Shown piece after piece: positions 1 through 13,152 of a stretch of DNA of 64,000 bases. Origin of the DNA: Squalus acanthias (Eukaryota); NCBI GenBank assembly GCA_030390025.1, contig CM059438.1:57662001-57726000 (forward strand), in the 5' to 3' direction. Position numbers and translations under genes: made by a program. Position 1 is the stretch's first letter. Each line of letters opens with the position of its first letter. The notes under the pieces are model-generated. The model searched no databases, was not told where the DNA came from, and was given only the letters and a program-made list of their open reading frames with translations.

Positions 1-2758
1 CAGGGTGAGGCACCGGGCACGAATGGGCTGCAGCAAGGCCAGAGGAAAGGGTAGCTGGGGAGCCAGCTCCCCAGAGGGCGAGTTCTGCTGCACAGGACTC
101 AGATGAGGACCTTGATGGGGAGGCCTTCAGAAGAAGGGTGATGGGCATGCACACGGAAATGATAGGTGCAATGGCAAAGCTGCCAGACAGCCCCTGGGCA
201 ATGGCAAGGAGTGTGGAGGAGTCCGCCTCCAACATTGCACGGGGCTCTGCGCAGAGCATGGAGCCCAGGATTTCCAGTCTGGAAATGACGGTGCACTCCC
301 AGAGAGACTGCGGTGACCCAGACATGATGGTGCGCATGATGAGCGATGTCGCAGTTTCCATTGCAGCACAGGCGGAAGCGACCCAACATCTTAGTGCTTC
401 AGCGGAAGCTCAGACTGATCTCATGCAGTCTCTGCTTGAAGGCATCAAAGCTCTGACTGCTCTCATGCAGTCTCAGCGTGGTGCCACCCAAGCTCTGACT
501 GCTGCCATCATGGCTGGGTCTACCACCGTCAACCGGGGCATTCACGGTGTTGCAGCAGGCCAGCAATCTGTGTTCCAACAGATTGCTAGGAATGCTGAGG
601 CACCGCCCCAGTGGAGTGGCAGTGGGTTTGTGGAGCAGGAGCCTGCTGTCCTCCCTCAGAATGACAGCATTCCTATTCCCACCACTGCCACTCCGCCTTT
701 GCCCTTGCAGCTGCCTGTCAGCCAGCCAGCCCAGTCTGCTGCCACACATGCCGAGGTGGTGCAGTCTACAGCCGGGCCTTCTAGGTCCACAGCTGGTCGA
801 GGTCGTCCTGAAAGGCACATCTGAAGTCTCCCACACAGAAACTCAGCAGCCTTCCACCAGCTGTGTTGCAGCCACTGGGGGCGAACTGCTTTGGAGCACT
901 AGAGTAGGAAAAGGCACATGAACAACAGGCACTAATGGATTGCACAAGGGTGATTAGTTAATAGTAATCATGTGATATATGTGATATGTTTATAGATAAA
1001 TTTATTAATTGTGTTTGGAATCTTTTGTGGTAGCTCTCATTTCAGCTTCGCGCCCAGGAGGACGTTGTGATACGGCGTGAGACAGATATGGGATGTGGTG
1101 AGCTATGGGGATCTGGGGTTTCATTCATGCGAATTGGAGTCTGATGAGCCAGTCACGAACAGCCCATCCAAAAGGCCAATTGTCTGTCTGGCTACCTCCT
1201 CTCTCCCTCCTGTTCTTGTTCCTTATCCTCCTCGTCCTCATCCTCCTCTCCCTCGTCCTCCTCCTGAGGTGATCCCGCAATCCATGGTGGCAAGGGATGT
1301 GCCATCATGATGGTCAAATTGTGGAGCATGCAGCAGACCACCACGAAATGGGACACCCGCTCAGCCGAGTACTGGAGGGCTCCTCCCGAGCGGTCAAGGC
1401 AGCGGAACCGTTGCTTCAGTCGGCCAATGGTCTGCTCGATGACATTCCTGGAGGCAGCATGACTCTCATTATATGAGTGCTGAGCACGAGTATTGGGGTT
1501 GTGGAGGGGAGTCATGAGCCAGGTGGAGAGCGGATAGCTCTTGTCTCCGAGCAGCCACCCTCGAGCTTGACGTGGTGGCTGGAAGAGTGCTGGCACACAG
1601 TCTGGTGCAGGATGAAGGCATCGTGGCTGCTGCCAGGATAGCGGGCATTAACATTGAGGATTCACTGTGTGGTTGCACACCAACTGCACATTAAGTGAGT
1701 GGTAGCCTTTGCAGTTACAGAAGATCTCAGGATTGTTATGTGGTGCCCGCAAAGCCACGTGGGTGCAGTTGATGGCGCCCTGCACCATGGGGAAGCCCGC
1801 TATCCTGGCAAAGCCACATGCATGCTCGTCCTGCTTCTCTCTGGTGATGGGGGAGCCAATGCAATCCCGTCTCGTGGTGTAGAGAGCCTCACTGACCTCC
1901 CGGATGCAGCGATGGACGGCGAACTGTGAGATATTAGCTCTGTTTCCTGCTGCAGACTGGAAGGATCAGCTGGCGAAGATATTGAGGGCCACGGTGACCT
2001 TGACTGCCACTGAGAGAGCCGTGGTCGCCTTGGTCTGTTTGCAAGAGGTGGCAGAGTTCTGTGACCACCTCCTTGGTGCAGCGAAGCCTCTAATACACTG
2101 CTCCTGGCTTAATTGAAGGTAGGCGAAGTGATGTCAGAAGACACTAAGAGGGTAAGGCCTCCTGTTGAGAGCCCTGATGGCCTGCGTCCTCCCACTGCGC
2201 ACATGTTCCCATCTTTCTCGCTGCCTCCGCTCCCTCCGCCGTAGATGCTGGAAGGCGAGGTTGACTGCCAGTACAGCCCCCATGACTTTTAGCAAGTGTT
2301 GTAGTTTAAAGCCTCTCAAAACTAATAAGGGAGTTTTTTACTTGCCAGAACACTTCCTGATACTCTTGCAGTTGCAGGAAGTAGCACCCAGCCACTCAAA
2401 CTTCAAAACCCTGTCAGGTGCGAGTGATTGGTGATGATCCCTTTAAATAGCATCGCTGGAGCCGGCTTCCTGCTGCTGGACGCCATCTCAACATGTCGTT
2501 GCTTTCTCCAGACAGTAAGTTATATGGCCAAAATGAAGTTGGGAGATCGGGCGTCAAGTGAGCGTTACAAACGCACTGACGTCATGATCTCCGTGATTGC
2601 AATGTCCCCAGCGATTGAGTTTAGCGACAGCGCTACCGGCAAGACGGATATGGCGTGCGCCACTGGAACCGCCATCAGCTGGTGGTAGAGCGCTGAACGG
2701 CGCTTTAGAATCATCTCGTGGCACTAACATGTGGCGATAAACACAAGAATTTCTTCCC
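1..2758. mobile_element. PIF/Harbinger DNA transposon (left end outside the window)
   Basis: Convergent accessory-protein ORF (138-824, +) and HARBI1-like transposase (-). Terminus gaatttcttccc is followed by resumption of the host unit. Confidence 0.85.
1125..2283 (-). pseudogene. Harbinger (HARBI1-like DDE) transposase, frameshifted
   Basis: Motifs GFPMVQGAINCTHVA (catalytic D changed to N), [33 protein letters not shown] and [24 protein letters not shown], spread over several frames. Confidence 0.9.
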
Positions 2759-3347
2759 TGTAATGTTTTTTTTATGTCTCCATTTGGCATCATCCACATC
2801 ACTACTGGCCAGTAGTGCCCAGGAGGAGGGGTAGTGAGGTGCGCTTGAATCTTCTCATGTCCCTCAAGTCCAGACAATCACCCCCAAAGTAGCAACTCTG
2901 CAGTAGGCTTCTAACAGAGGTGTCCTAAGCTTTAGGATCCTAATGCCCAGTCCTAATGCCCTGAATCAAGCTCAGTGCTGCCAAAGGCAGTTGACAGGAC
3001 TCCATGTAGCAGTAAGCATCTCACTTGACATCTGGCAATTCCTGAAAAACGATTGCTGAGTCAGTGACTGGTGACACAGTGGACCCAGCAGGTCCTGTCT
3101 GCTCTGACTATTACTGGAAGTTGCTTTCATAAGTTATCCAAGATCTCCTTGGAGGTGAATCAAAAAGTAATGTGCACGATGGACTCTGCAAAGATTAAGG
3201 ACTGAGACCTTTCCAAGATCCTGAGTCGTGCCTCTCCCCCAGTGCAGGGTTACATTCATTTGGAAAGGTTAAAGGTAAATCTCATTCTAGAGAAAACTTT
3301 TTCATCAAGTTACTGTAATAATTCAGCAGTGATTTATTTGTACTGAC

Positions 3348-3377
3348 CGATCTTGAGTTAAAGGTGATCTCAGCCTT
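3348..3377 (-). CDS. Microexon B1 (30 nt), RLRSPLTQD(R)
   Basis: ttttttttgtattcttag|aaggctgagatcacctttaactcaagatcg|gtcagta. Confidence 0.65.
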
Positions 3378-3606
3378 CTAAGAATACAAAAAAAAAATCA
3401 TTAGAAATATTCTCTAGAAATATTGGCATTTTTACATTCTGTTGAGGACTAGAGTTATATCAGCAACAAACACCAAAAAGTGAGTTCTGTTAACAACAGC
3501 TTGCATTTAGTCTCCAGCTGCGGCCTCCTGCCGCTGGCATTTCTTCCCAGCCATTGGCTAAGCTGTCCCATTTGGCCGGCTGCCAGAAGGGAAATGGAAC
3601 AAAAAG

Positions 3607-5075
3607 GGCTGGTTGGGGGCGGTGGGGAGGGGAGCTCCGAAGTGGCTGGGAAACCATGGAGAATGGGTTTCCCGCTGGCCCCGCCGAATTTGCATGGGAA
3701 GCCTCTGCTTCCCACCCGCAGCCAGCCAGATTGAGAGGTTGGATGGCTCTGGGTGGCTAGGCCTACAGCACTAGGCCGCACAGAGGAGGGAGGGAACGTG
3801 CGGGGGGCGGCTGGAGGAACATGGTGGGGGGATTGGATCACGAAGATCATGGGCCGTGGAGCGGCCAGAAAAGCAGTGAGGGGGGAACCAGATTGTGAAG
3901 ATCGCGGGCTGGGGAGCGGCCAGAGAAGCAGGGGTGGGGGGATGGGATCACAAAGATCGCTGGGCCACGGAACAGCCAGAAAAGCAGGGGGTGATCGGAT
4001 TGCGAAGATCGGCAGCCGGGGAGCGGCCAGGAAATCAGGGGGGGTAGGGGGGTGGGATCGGATCGTGGGCTGTGGAGCAGCAGAATAGCAGGGGAGAGGG
4101 GGGTCCGACGTAGATCGGGGTGCAGCCCAAGGAGTAGGGTGTGGATCGCGAGGACCGTGGGCCGGGAGGAGCACGGGGAGGTGGTGCGTCAGCAAAGATT
4201 AGCGGCCGGAGGAGCAGCGGGCGGGGGGAGAGCTTAGAGTGAGGATTGGAGTCCTGGGGCGTGGGGAGAGCTTAGAGTGTGGATTGGAGTCCTGGGGGCG
4301 GTGGGGGGGAGAGCTTAGAGTGGGGATTGGAGTCCTGGGGGCGGTGGGGGGGGAGAGCTTAGAGTGAGGATTGGAGTCCTGGGGGGGGTGGCGGGGGGGG
4401 AGAGCTTAGAATGAGGATTGGAGTCCTGGGGGGGGCAGAGCTTAGAGTGGGGATTGGAGTCCTGGGGGGGGAGATCTTAGAGTGGGGATTGGAGTCCTGC
4501 GGGGGGAGAGCTTAGAGTGGGGATTGGAGTCCTGGAGGGGGGGAGAGCTTAGAGTGGGGATTGGAGTCCTGGGGGGGGAGTGGTGGCCTGGGGGAGGTTC
4601 GGAGGCCTGAGGGGGGGATTGGAGGCCTGGGGGGGATCGGAGTCCTTGGCGGGGTGGGGGGGGATTGGAGGCCTGGGGGTGCAGATCGGAGGCCTGCGGG
4701 GGGGATTGGAGGCCTGGGGGGGGGGGATCGGAAGCCTCGTTGGCTGGTCTTCGATTGCGGGGGGTGGCACTTACCCCCTGACTCCAGCAGTTCTCGCCTT
4801 GCTTTAGCTGGCAGGTTTCACAAGGCGTGCAAAACCTGACCAGCTAAAGTTAACTGCAAATTGACGTTAATACAGAGGCTTCCAGCCTCATTATAATATT
4901 TAAATAGACAACCTGCCACCTGGCAGCAGATTGGCTGCACGCTTCCCGTCCCACCTCTGTTAAAATTGGAAGTGGGCAGGATTGAGGCGGGGTCAGGTCG
5001 GGATTCAGATTTTTAACACTTTAACTACCCACACACCCCCAACCTACCCGTTTTCTTTCCGGGTAAAATGCCCCC
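3607..5075. mobile_element. GC-rich MITE-like insertion specific to the first unit
   Basis: Interrupts host ggaacaaaaa|atgtttatgag, ends gtaaaatgccccc, and is absent from other units; no coding signal. Confidence 0.6.
4226..4578 (+). repeat. G-rich minisatellite, about 9 copies of gagagcttagagtggggattggagtcct(g)n
   Basis: Direct inspection; copies are separated by variable G-runs. Confidence 0.9.
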
Positions 5076-5996
5076 AAGATGTTTATGAGCTCCTGCCATT
5101 AGGTTTGGCAGGACCTCCGCATCCCCAGCCCTGCCGGGTTGTTTGGCCCCCCCCACGACCTCCCCGCCTCCCTTAAATATCAGGGCCCTGGTGTTGGGAA
5201 CACTGGTCCTCTTCTGGTTGTGAACAGAGGTGGTTAAAAAAAACAGAGACAGAAACACAGTCAGTCAGGTGTAGCAAAGACAGCAAAGTCAGTCAAGTTT
5301 TACAACAGGGAGCAGCAAGAGCAAGCTTTGGCTCGGCTCAGAAGAAGAAGGTAGGAAAGTAGTAAGGAGTTATTTTGTTTAAGTCAAGCAAGACAACTGA
5401 CTGATGTGGGAAGTGTAGGAAGGAAAGAAGGGAACAGGAAGTGAAGGGAAAAAGAGTAAGGAAAAGAATGAGAAACGCAAGGCCTGCTTTTACCAGCGTA
5501 AGAGTTTAAATGAAAATAAAAATAATTTTTTTTCAATTATTTAAACATTAAAACACCTGTAAAATAGGTTAAGGTTATTTTTAGCCCCTTTAAAACATTT
5601 TTTATTTTTCAAAAAAATTAATTTTTGTTTTAAATGTTTAATTAAATTGTATTTTAATTAATTTTAAATATGTAATTTAATTTTTTTTTATTTGGTATGT
5701 AAATGTGTTTTTTATGTGATCCCCATTCATGATCCCCATAAGCATGAATGGGGATCCCCCATCTTTCATTGGTTGGGCCGGCCCACGTGATCCCAAAGGG
5801 CACTTGCAAACCACCTGCGCCCCTGGGGTACATGGGCCTCTACGCATGTCTACGCCTGGCGACCCAGGAGCGCGAGTCTCTGTGGTTCCAGGACCATCGG
5901 GTAGGTGCGTAGATTTTTTGCCGTTTGGAGGCATCCGCCCGTGGGAAGCCTCCAACTACAAATTCAGGCCCCTTTTCATTTCTGTCCAAAAACACA

Positions 5997-6768
5997 TTGG
6001 TAGGAAGAACGAGGAGAGGCAATATAAACTAAAGGGTGCAATTCTAAAGGGGGTGCAGGCACAGAGAGACCTGGGGGTATATGTGCACAAATTGTTGAAG
6101 GCGGCAGGACAGGTTGAGAAAGCGAGTGAAAAAGCATACAGGATCCTGGGCTTTATAAATAGAGGCATAGAGTACAAAAGGAAGGAAGTTATGATGAACC
6201 TTTATAAAACACTTGTTCAGCCACAACTGGAGTATTGTGTCCAATTCTGGGCACCGCACTTTAGGAAGGATGTAAAGGTTTTAGAGAGGGTGCAGGAAAG
6301 ATTTACAAGAATGGTTCCAGGGATGAAGGACTTCAGTTGCGTGGATAGACTGGAGAGGCTGGGGTTGTTCTCCTTAGAGCAGAGAAGACTGAGAGGAGAT
6401 TTGATAGAGGTGTTCAAAATCATGAGGGGTCTAGACTGAGTAGATAGAGAGAAACTGTTCCCATTGGTGGAAGGGACGAGCACCAGAGGTCACAGATTTA
6501 AGACAGAAAATCCAAAGGCGACATGAGGAAAAACTTTTTTATGCAGCGAGTGGTTATGATCTGGATTGCACTGCCTGAAAGGGTGATGGAGGCAGATTCA
6601 ATCGTGGCTTTCAAAAGGCAATTAGATAAGTACCTGAAGGAAAATAATTTGCAGGGCTACGGAGAAAGGGCGGAGGAGTTGGACTAGCTGAAGTGCTCTT
6701 CCAGAGAGCCGGCACAGGCTTAACAGGCCAAATGGCCTCCTACTGTGCTGTAACAATTCTGATTCGAT
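5997..6768 (+). mobile_element. CR1 LINE 3' fragment
   Basis: ORF2 C-terminus RDLGVYVH...LEYCVQFWAPHFRKD...RLRGDLIEVFKIM, followed by a CR1 3' UTR (aaatggcctcctactgtgctg). Confidence 0.9.
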
Positions 6769-7317
6769 GCTTCTACTTCACATAAAATGAATTACTTTGA
6801 ATTGAGTGACTGTTAAGGATGAAGTATCAAGAACAGTTTCCAAATTTATAAAGCGTGTGAGCTTTTAAACATTCTGTATGGACAATACCAATGTGAGGTA
6901 CAAAATCTGAAAAAACTCTATAAATTCCCTCTGTATAAAGATACAAATATCCCCAAAGGCTGGCTCTGCCAGAAAGTGTATCTGGCTAGAACCAGCCCTT
7001 GAATATCTTTATTGAGTTATCAACACCTAGCATTATGGCGACCAGTCCGCAAATCCCAACATTAGAGTTGGTTACCATGACTTGCCAGAAGGTTTGGGTT
7101 CTGCATTCCCATTAAATAGGAGAGTCACACATCCTTTATTACTGTATCCTGCTATCTTTGTTACTATCTCAGATAACCAATAACTTTTTCCTTCCATTTT
7201 CAACCAATTTTCTCCCCTTGTTGGGCAGCGGTTACAAAGCACTGGACACCACCTACAGCCCCAAATCACTGCTCCATTCCCAAATATCTTTAACTTTGGG
7301 ATCGACTCAGACACTTT

Positions 7318-10300
7318 GGCCGCAATTTTGCGAACCTCGGTAGGTCTGTGGTGGGCAACGTCTGTGGCGGGTCCCGACCCCGCTGCTGGCTCCATCCCAC
7401 TGTCCAAAATGAATTTCTCCTAATGGGGCTTGTTAATCCCGCCCAGCGTGTTTCCCAGCCAATTAGATGAAGCGGATCTGGAGATATCATTTGATGACGC
7501 ATCATCTGCCGGTTTCCTTAAAGGGACCATGGCCAACTTTATTTTGACATTTGTGCTGTCAGTGTTCTACAGCATTGAGGTGCTGCAACCACTGACAATG
7601 ACTGCACAAAGGCACAGGGCTGCACCAAGGCTCTCCCATGACTCCCTCCATATGCTTATGGAGGGAGTCACAGCATCAGGGAGGTCCATCTTCCCTTCAC
7701 ATGGGTGGAAGAGACCTCCCCAGGAGACCAACACAGCCTGGTTGCACATTGCACAGGAGGGCACAAGCAGGGATGTGATCAGGAGGACCTGGAAGTCGTG
7801 CCACAAACGTTTCAATGATCTCGGTAGATCATGAAACGTTAGTACAAAGCCACACTCAACTTCATCCTGCTGTTCCCCTCGTCACATCCCCATCACTCTG
7901 CCTTCCCTACCCTACTCCTGCATATCCTTACTCACACCAACTTATCTTGCACCTCCACCCATCCCTTTCTCTCTATCTATATTATCACATCCCCATCCCA
8001 CTAGCCACCCCTCACACTCGCCCTCATCCTAGTGCAATCATACCAACTAACACACAAAGGTAGGCACTTGGGTGTTTTCTGCAATGTCCATGTAAAGTTT
8101 CTGTTAAAGTGGTGTCAAACATTGAAACCTTTATTTTTAACACTTTGCGTTCTTGGACAGATTGGTGTGCACCTTTGGAAGTGGCTTAGTGAGTTGCAGT
8201 GAATGATGAGACATCATGGTACACCCACAATGGTGATGAGCGTGAAAGGAATGGCGTGGGCATTATAGGGATGCTTTATGGTGTTGGTGTGAGGTGGTGC
8301 CAACCTGGCGCATCATGTGGCAGCCAGGATGTACAGTGTCAAGTGAAGTAGATCTGGCCATGCTGAGGCCATCCCTGGCCTCCCGGGCAGCAATGTGGTC
8401 GGGTGCTGATGCCCTGTGTCCTGTGCAGCATTAACAACAACAACTTGTATTTATATAGCGCCTTTAACATAATAAAACGTCCCAAGGCGCTGCACAGGAG
8501 TATTATAAGACAAAAAATTTGACACCGAGCCACATAAGGAGAAATTAGGGCAGGTGACCAAAAGCTTGGTCAAAGAGGTAGGTTTTAAGGAGCGTCTTAA
8601 AGGAGGAAAGAGAGGTAGCGAAGCGGAGAGGTTTAGGCAGGGAATTCCAGAGCATAAGGCCTAGGCAACAGAAGACACGGCCACCAATGGTTGAGCGATT
8701 ATAATCAGGGATACTCAAGAGGGCAGAATTAGAGGAGCGCAGATATCTCGGGGTGGGGAGGGTGGGGTTGTGGGGCTGAAGGAGATTACAGAGATAGGGA
8801 GGGGCGAGGCCATGGAGCAATTTGAAAACAAGGATGAGAATTTTGAAATTGAGGCGCTGCTTAACTGGGAGTCAATGTAGGTCGGTGAACACAGGAGTGA
8901 TGGGCGAACGGGACTTGGATCGAGTTAGGACATGGGCAGCCGAGTTTTGGATGACCTCAAGTTTACGTAATGTGGGAGGCCAGCCAGGAGTGCTGGAATA
9001 GTCAAGTCTAGAGGTAACAAAGGCATGGATGAGGGTTTCAGCAGCGGATGAGCTGAGACAAGGGCGGAGACAGGCGATGTTACGGAGGTGGAAATAGGCC
9101 GTCTTTGTTATGCTGCGGATATGTGGTCGGAAGCTCATTTCAGGGTCAAATATGACACCAAGGTTGTGAACAGTGTGGTTCAGCCTTCGACAGATGTTAG
9201 GGAGCGGAGTTTGTGGCGGGGGCTGAAAACGATGGCTTCGGTCTTCCCAATATTTAATTGGAGAAAATTTCTGCTCATCCAGAACTGTATGTCGGACAAG
9301 CAGTCCGACAATTTAGAGATCGTGGCGGGGTCGAGAGAAGAGGTAGTGAGGTAGAGCTAGGTGTCGTCAGCGTACATGTGGAAACTGACGCTGGGTTTTC
9401 GGATGATGTCGCCAAGGGGCAACATGTAGATGAGAAATATGAGGGGGCAAAGGATAGATCCTTGGGGGACACCAGAGGTAATGATGCAGGAGCGGGAAGA
9501 GAAGCCGTTGCAGGTGATTCTCTGGCTACGATTAGATAGATAAGAATGGAACCAGGTGAGTGCAGCCCCACCCAGCTGGACGACGGTGGAGAGGCGCTGG
9601 AGAAGGATGGGGTCAAAGGCTGCAGACAAGTCAAGAAGGATGAGGAGGCATAGTTTACCTTTGTCACAGTCACAAAGGATGTCATTTGTGACTTTGAGAG
9701 CCGTTTCAGTACTGTGGCAAGGGCAGAAACCTGATTGAGGGATTCAAACATGGAATTGCGGGAAAGATGGGCACGGATTTGGGAGGCGACAACATGTTCA
9801 AGGACTTTGGAGAGGAAAGGGAGGTGGGAGATGGGGCGGTAGTTTGCAAGGATGGAGGGGGTCAAGGGTTTTTTTGAGGAGAGGGGTGATGATGGCAGAT
9901 TTGAGGGTTAGGGGGACAGTACCTGAGGAGAGAGAACCGTTAACAATGTCAGCTAACATGGGAGCCAGAAAAGGAAGTTGGGTGGTCAGCAGTTTTGTGA
10001 GAATAGGGTCGAGGGAGCAGGAGGTGGGACTCATGGACAAGATGAGCGCGGAGAGGTCATGAGGGGAGATTGGAGAGAAACTGAAGAAAGATGTGAGTTC
10101 AGGGCTAGGGCAGGGGGGGAACCTTAGAAGAAGTTTGGCCCGGTGGGCTAGGGGAAGGAAGGGAAGTTGCAGAGGCAGCTGAACAGATGGTCTCAATCTG
10201 AGAGACAAAGAAGTCCATGAGCTCCTCACACTTGATATCGGAGGTGAGGGTGGAGGAGACAGGTGTAAGAAGACGGTTAGCAGCCGGGAATAGGAGCCGG

Positions 10301-11202
10301 AGTTTATCTTTGCATTCCAGAATGATTCTGGAATAGTGAGCAATTTTGGCAGACGATAATGCTTTATGTAGTCCAGCCAGATCTTGGGGTGAATGGCCAA
10401 ACCAGTTGTCCGCCATATCCATTCAAGTCTGTGTCTCTTGGAAGTAAGGGAGCGAAGATGAGAGCCGTACCAGGGGGAACGGCCAGGGTGAGAGAGGGTA
10501 ATTGTTTTAGTAGGGACTAGGGCATCAAAGGTGGTGTTGAGGGTGCGGTTGAACAGATAGATAGCTGCATCAGTTGATTGTGGAGAAGGTTGGTGTTGTT
10601 GGTGCTACTGGTGTTGGAGCTCAGTGGGTGGGATTCTGAGGACCAAGGTGAGACAGTGTAAAGGGTACCCATGCTGATGGAATAGAAGTAGAGATGACAG
10701 AAGCGATCTGTCAATGGTGAGAGAGTTAATGAGGTCAGACTGGATGGAGACTTGTGTAAAGACTTGCAGCATGGTGAATCTGTTGTGGAAATGCAGTGAA
10801 GAAGAACTTGTGGCTGAGGGAAGATATCTCTGTAAGATGGGAGCTTTTACTGTACATTTGAAGCTGTCTAGTCAACAGCTGATTCAATGGCCACTGACCT
10901 CCCGCCTCAGCTTCACAGACATGGTTTGGCAACAGCGTGAAACCAGTGGACGAGCTGTCAAATTCCAAAAGGTCAGTTTAAAACCATTGTTAAGTGGCAG
11001 CTGCAAACTAGCCACTAATCATTTAAATTGGCTCCCCCGCCGCTGCATGTCGGGTCTGCTCTGCGCTCACAGATCCGACATTTGGTAAAGGTGCATGGCG
11101 GCGGGTTCACAGCGCGGTCCAGACCTGCTGGGGAAAAAAAAGTTTCCCACCCGACCCGCCACCAATTGCGCACGCTGACCACCCCCCCGGAAAATCTCGG
11201 CC
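7318..11202 (+). mobile_element. Non-autonomous Harbinger (Myb exon remnant, transposase internally deleted) carrying an L2 insertion
   Basis: TIRs ggccgcaatttt...aaaatctcggcc with TSD ttt; Myb/SANT-like segment AAPRLSHDSL...AWLHIAQE...RTWKSCHKRFNDL at about 7600-7830. Confidence 0.8.
8432..10570 (-). mobile_element. L2 (LINE2) 5'-truncated copy, degenerate RT
   Basis: NYRPISHLPFLSKVLE, GVPQGSILCPLIF, HMYADDT, AETLIHAFVTSRLDY; 3' tail reads aacaacaacaacttgtatttatatagcg on the plus strand. Confidence 0.9.
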
Positions 11203-11245
11203 TTTAACTGGGGTCAATGGAGCAAACTGTGTGTGTTGTACTCAC

Positions 11246-11275
11246 GGCACTGGACTTGAAGAACTCGGATACACC
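11246..11275 (-). CDS. Microexon A1 (30 nt), VYPSSSSPV(P)
   Basis: tttgttcag|ggtgtatccgagttcttcaagtccagtgcc|gtgagta. Confidence 0.65.
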
Positions 11276-12785
11276 CTGAACAAACAAAAACAACAAATCA
11301 TTAGCTGTGATGCTGGGATTTCTCATGTCAATTTTCAATCATTTTACGTCAAGATTTTCACAACAGTCAAAATATTATTTAAACTAAAGAGACCAATAAA
11401 ACAGAAAGAAACAAACCCACAACATAACAAGTTCCAAATAGTGATTCTAGTCAAGGCTACAGATAAATAAGTATTAAATCATCCAGGGTTAACATGGCAC
11501 TCTCTGCACCAAAAGCACACAAAAGAAAGGAAAATCTAATAAACCTAGGCCTAGAATTTCGAGATCGCTAAAAACCTGCCGGTGCCACCATGGGCCGGAG
11601 TTAACGGCCGCCGAAATTGATGGCGCTGGCAGGACCGGGATATTCATGCTGGTTCCTAATTAACTTTAGCCCAGCACTAAACTTACCGTGCAAGGCCATT
11701 TTCATGGCAATAATCCCAGCAGGAGGCCCAATGTAGCGTGGCGACAGCATCATTGCAGCAAAAACAACGTTCTGTTAAAGCAAGGCTGTCATTTCAGAAA
11801 TCAAGTTGGTCCCTTAAAGGGGAACTGCCTTCCAAAATGAAAAAAAATCATTTAAAAATAGGCAGTTTTTAGCCCTTACAGCACAACTGCCTTCTGAAAA
11901 AAAATTAACATTAAAAAGAATTCCCAAATGGGGGTCTTCAGCTCTTAAAGCTGAATTGCCTTCCGCACCTAAAAATAAATGGGAACAGTACTTCAGCACT
12001 AACACAAATGGTTCAGCAAGCCAGGGAAAGAGCACCCAGGGTCTTACAAGCAGCACTCCAGCTTTGTGCAGTGGTCAACACTGCAAGAGAGGTCCTCAAC
12101 CCACAGGGGCCAGGAGGCCCGCCAGAAAAAAGGATGTGGGACTAGATCACCGAGGCCGTCACAGCCAGCAGTGTCGCCCCCACAACCTGGCTCCAGTGCC
12201 CAAAGAAACTTCATGATCTCAGACCAATGGCCAAGTTCAGTGAATGCATTTTCAAAAGCTGTCTCCAACCAATTGCATCACTAGCCTCACACACTTCTTA
12301 ATGCACGACTCCACCCTCATCCCCAATCACTCACCTACCAACAATCTGTACCAAACACGAGGCACACCTCCCATTCCTAGCTTTACCTCACCCCCTTGGA
12401 GGAGACAGTGCTGGCCATTCTTGGCAGGGGCATGGCTGAGCCCTTGGCCAGCGGCGGGGCTGAAAGGATAGAAGATGCTGGTATCCTCATACGTTATCCT
12501 CCTGCTCGCATTCACCTCTTGCTTCCCACCCTCCCCTTACCACAACTCCACCCTTGTGCCTTCCTCATTTCACACACCCAAGAAATGCAGCCTGCCCAGC
12601 CAGTGGTTGGCCAAGATGAGGGAGAGGATAGCGAAGAAGACTGGAAGGAGCGGGCCTGGAGGGAGCACAGCGAGAGCGGAGCAGTTCAAAGGAGCGGCAG
12701 CAACTCAACAGAGGCAGTTTTTGAAAAAGTAACATCAGAGTAAAAAAAGTGATGTCGGCACATGGGAAGGAGCTGATTGGTGAGT

Positions 12786-13152
12786 ACATAAGAAATAGGA
12801 GCAGGAGTAGGCCATTTGGCCCTTCGAGACTGCTCCGCCATTCAATGAGATCATGGCTGATCTTCTGCCTCAACTCCATTCGCTGGCCCTATCGCCATAT
12901 CCCTTGATGCCCTTAGTAGTCAGAAATCTATTGACTTCTGTTTTGAATATACTCAACAACTGAGCCTCCACAGCCCTATGGGGTAGAGAATTCCAAAGAT
13001 TCACCACCCTCTGTGTGAAGAAATTTCTTCTCATCTCAGTCCTGAATGGCCTACCCTTTATCCTGAGGCTGTGGCCCCTGGTTCTAGACTCCCCAGCTAA
13101 GGGAAACATTCTCCCAGCATCCACCCTATCAAGCCCTGTAATAATTTTGTAT
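12786..13152 (-). mobile_element. CR1 3'-end fragment nested in the CR1 5' UTR
   Basis: ESRTRGHSLRIKGRPFRTEMRRNFFTQRVV plus tail acataagaaataggagcagg; flanked by duplicated tggtgagt. Confidence 0.85.

Noticed and set aside
4226..4578. Regularly spaced ~28-nt direct repeats resembling a CRISPR array
   Set aside because: Spacers are only G-runs, the context is eukaryotic, and there are no cas genes.
3455..4839. Long Pro/Gly-rich ORFs here and in MITE1/MITE2 copies
   Set aside because: Stop-poor by GC and low-complexity composition; frames are not conserved between copies.
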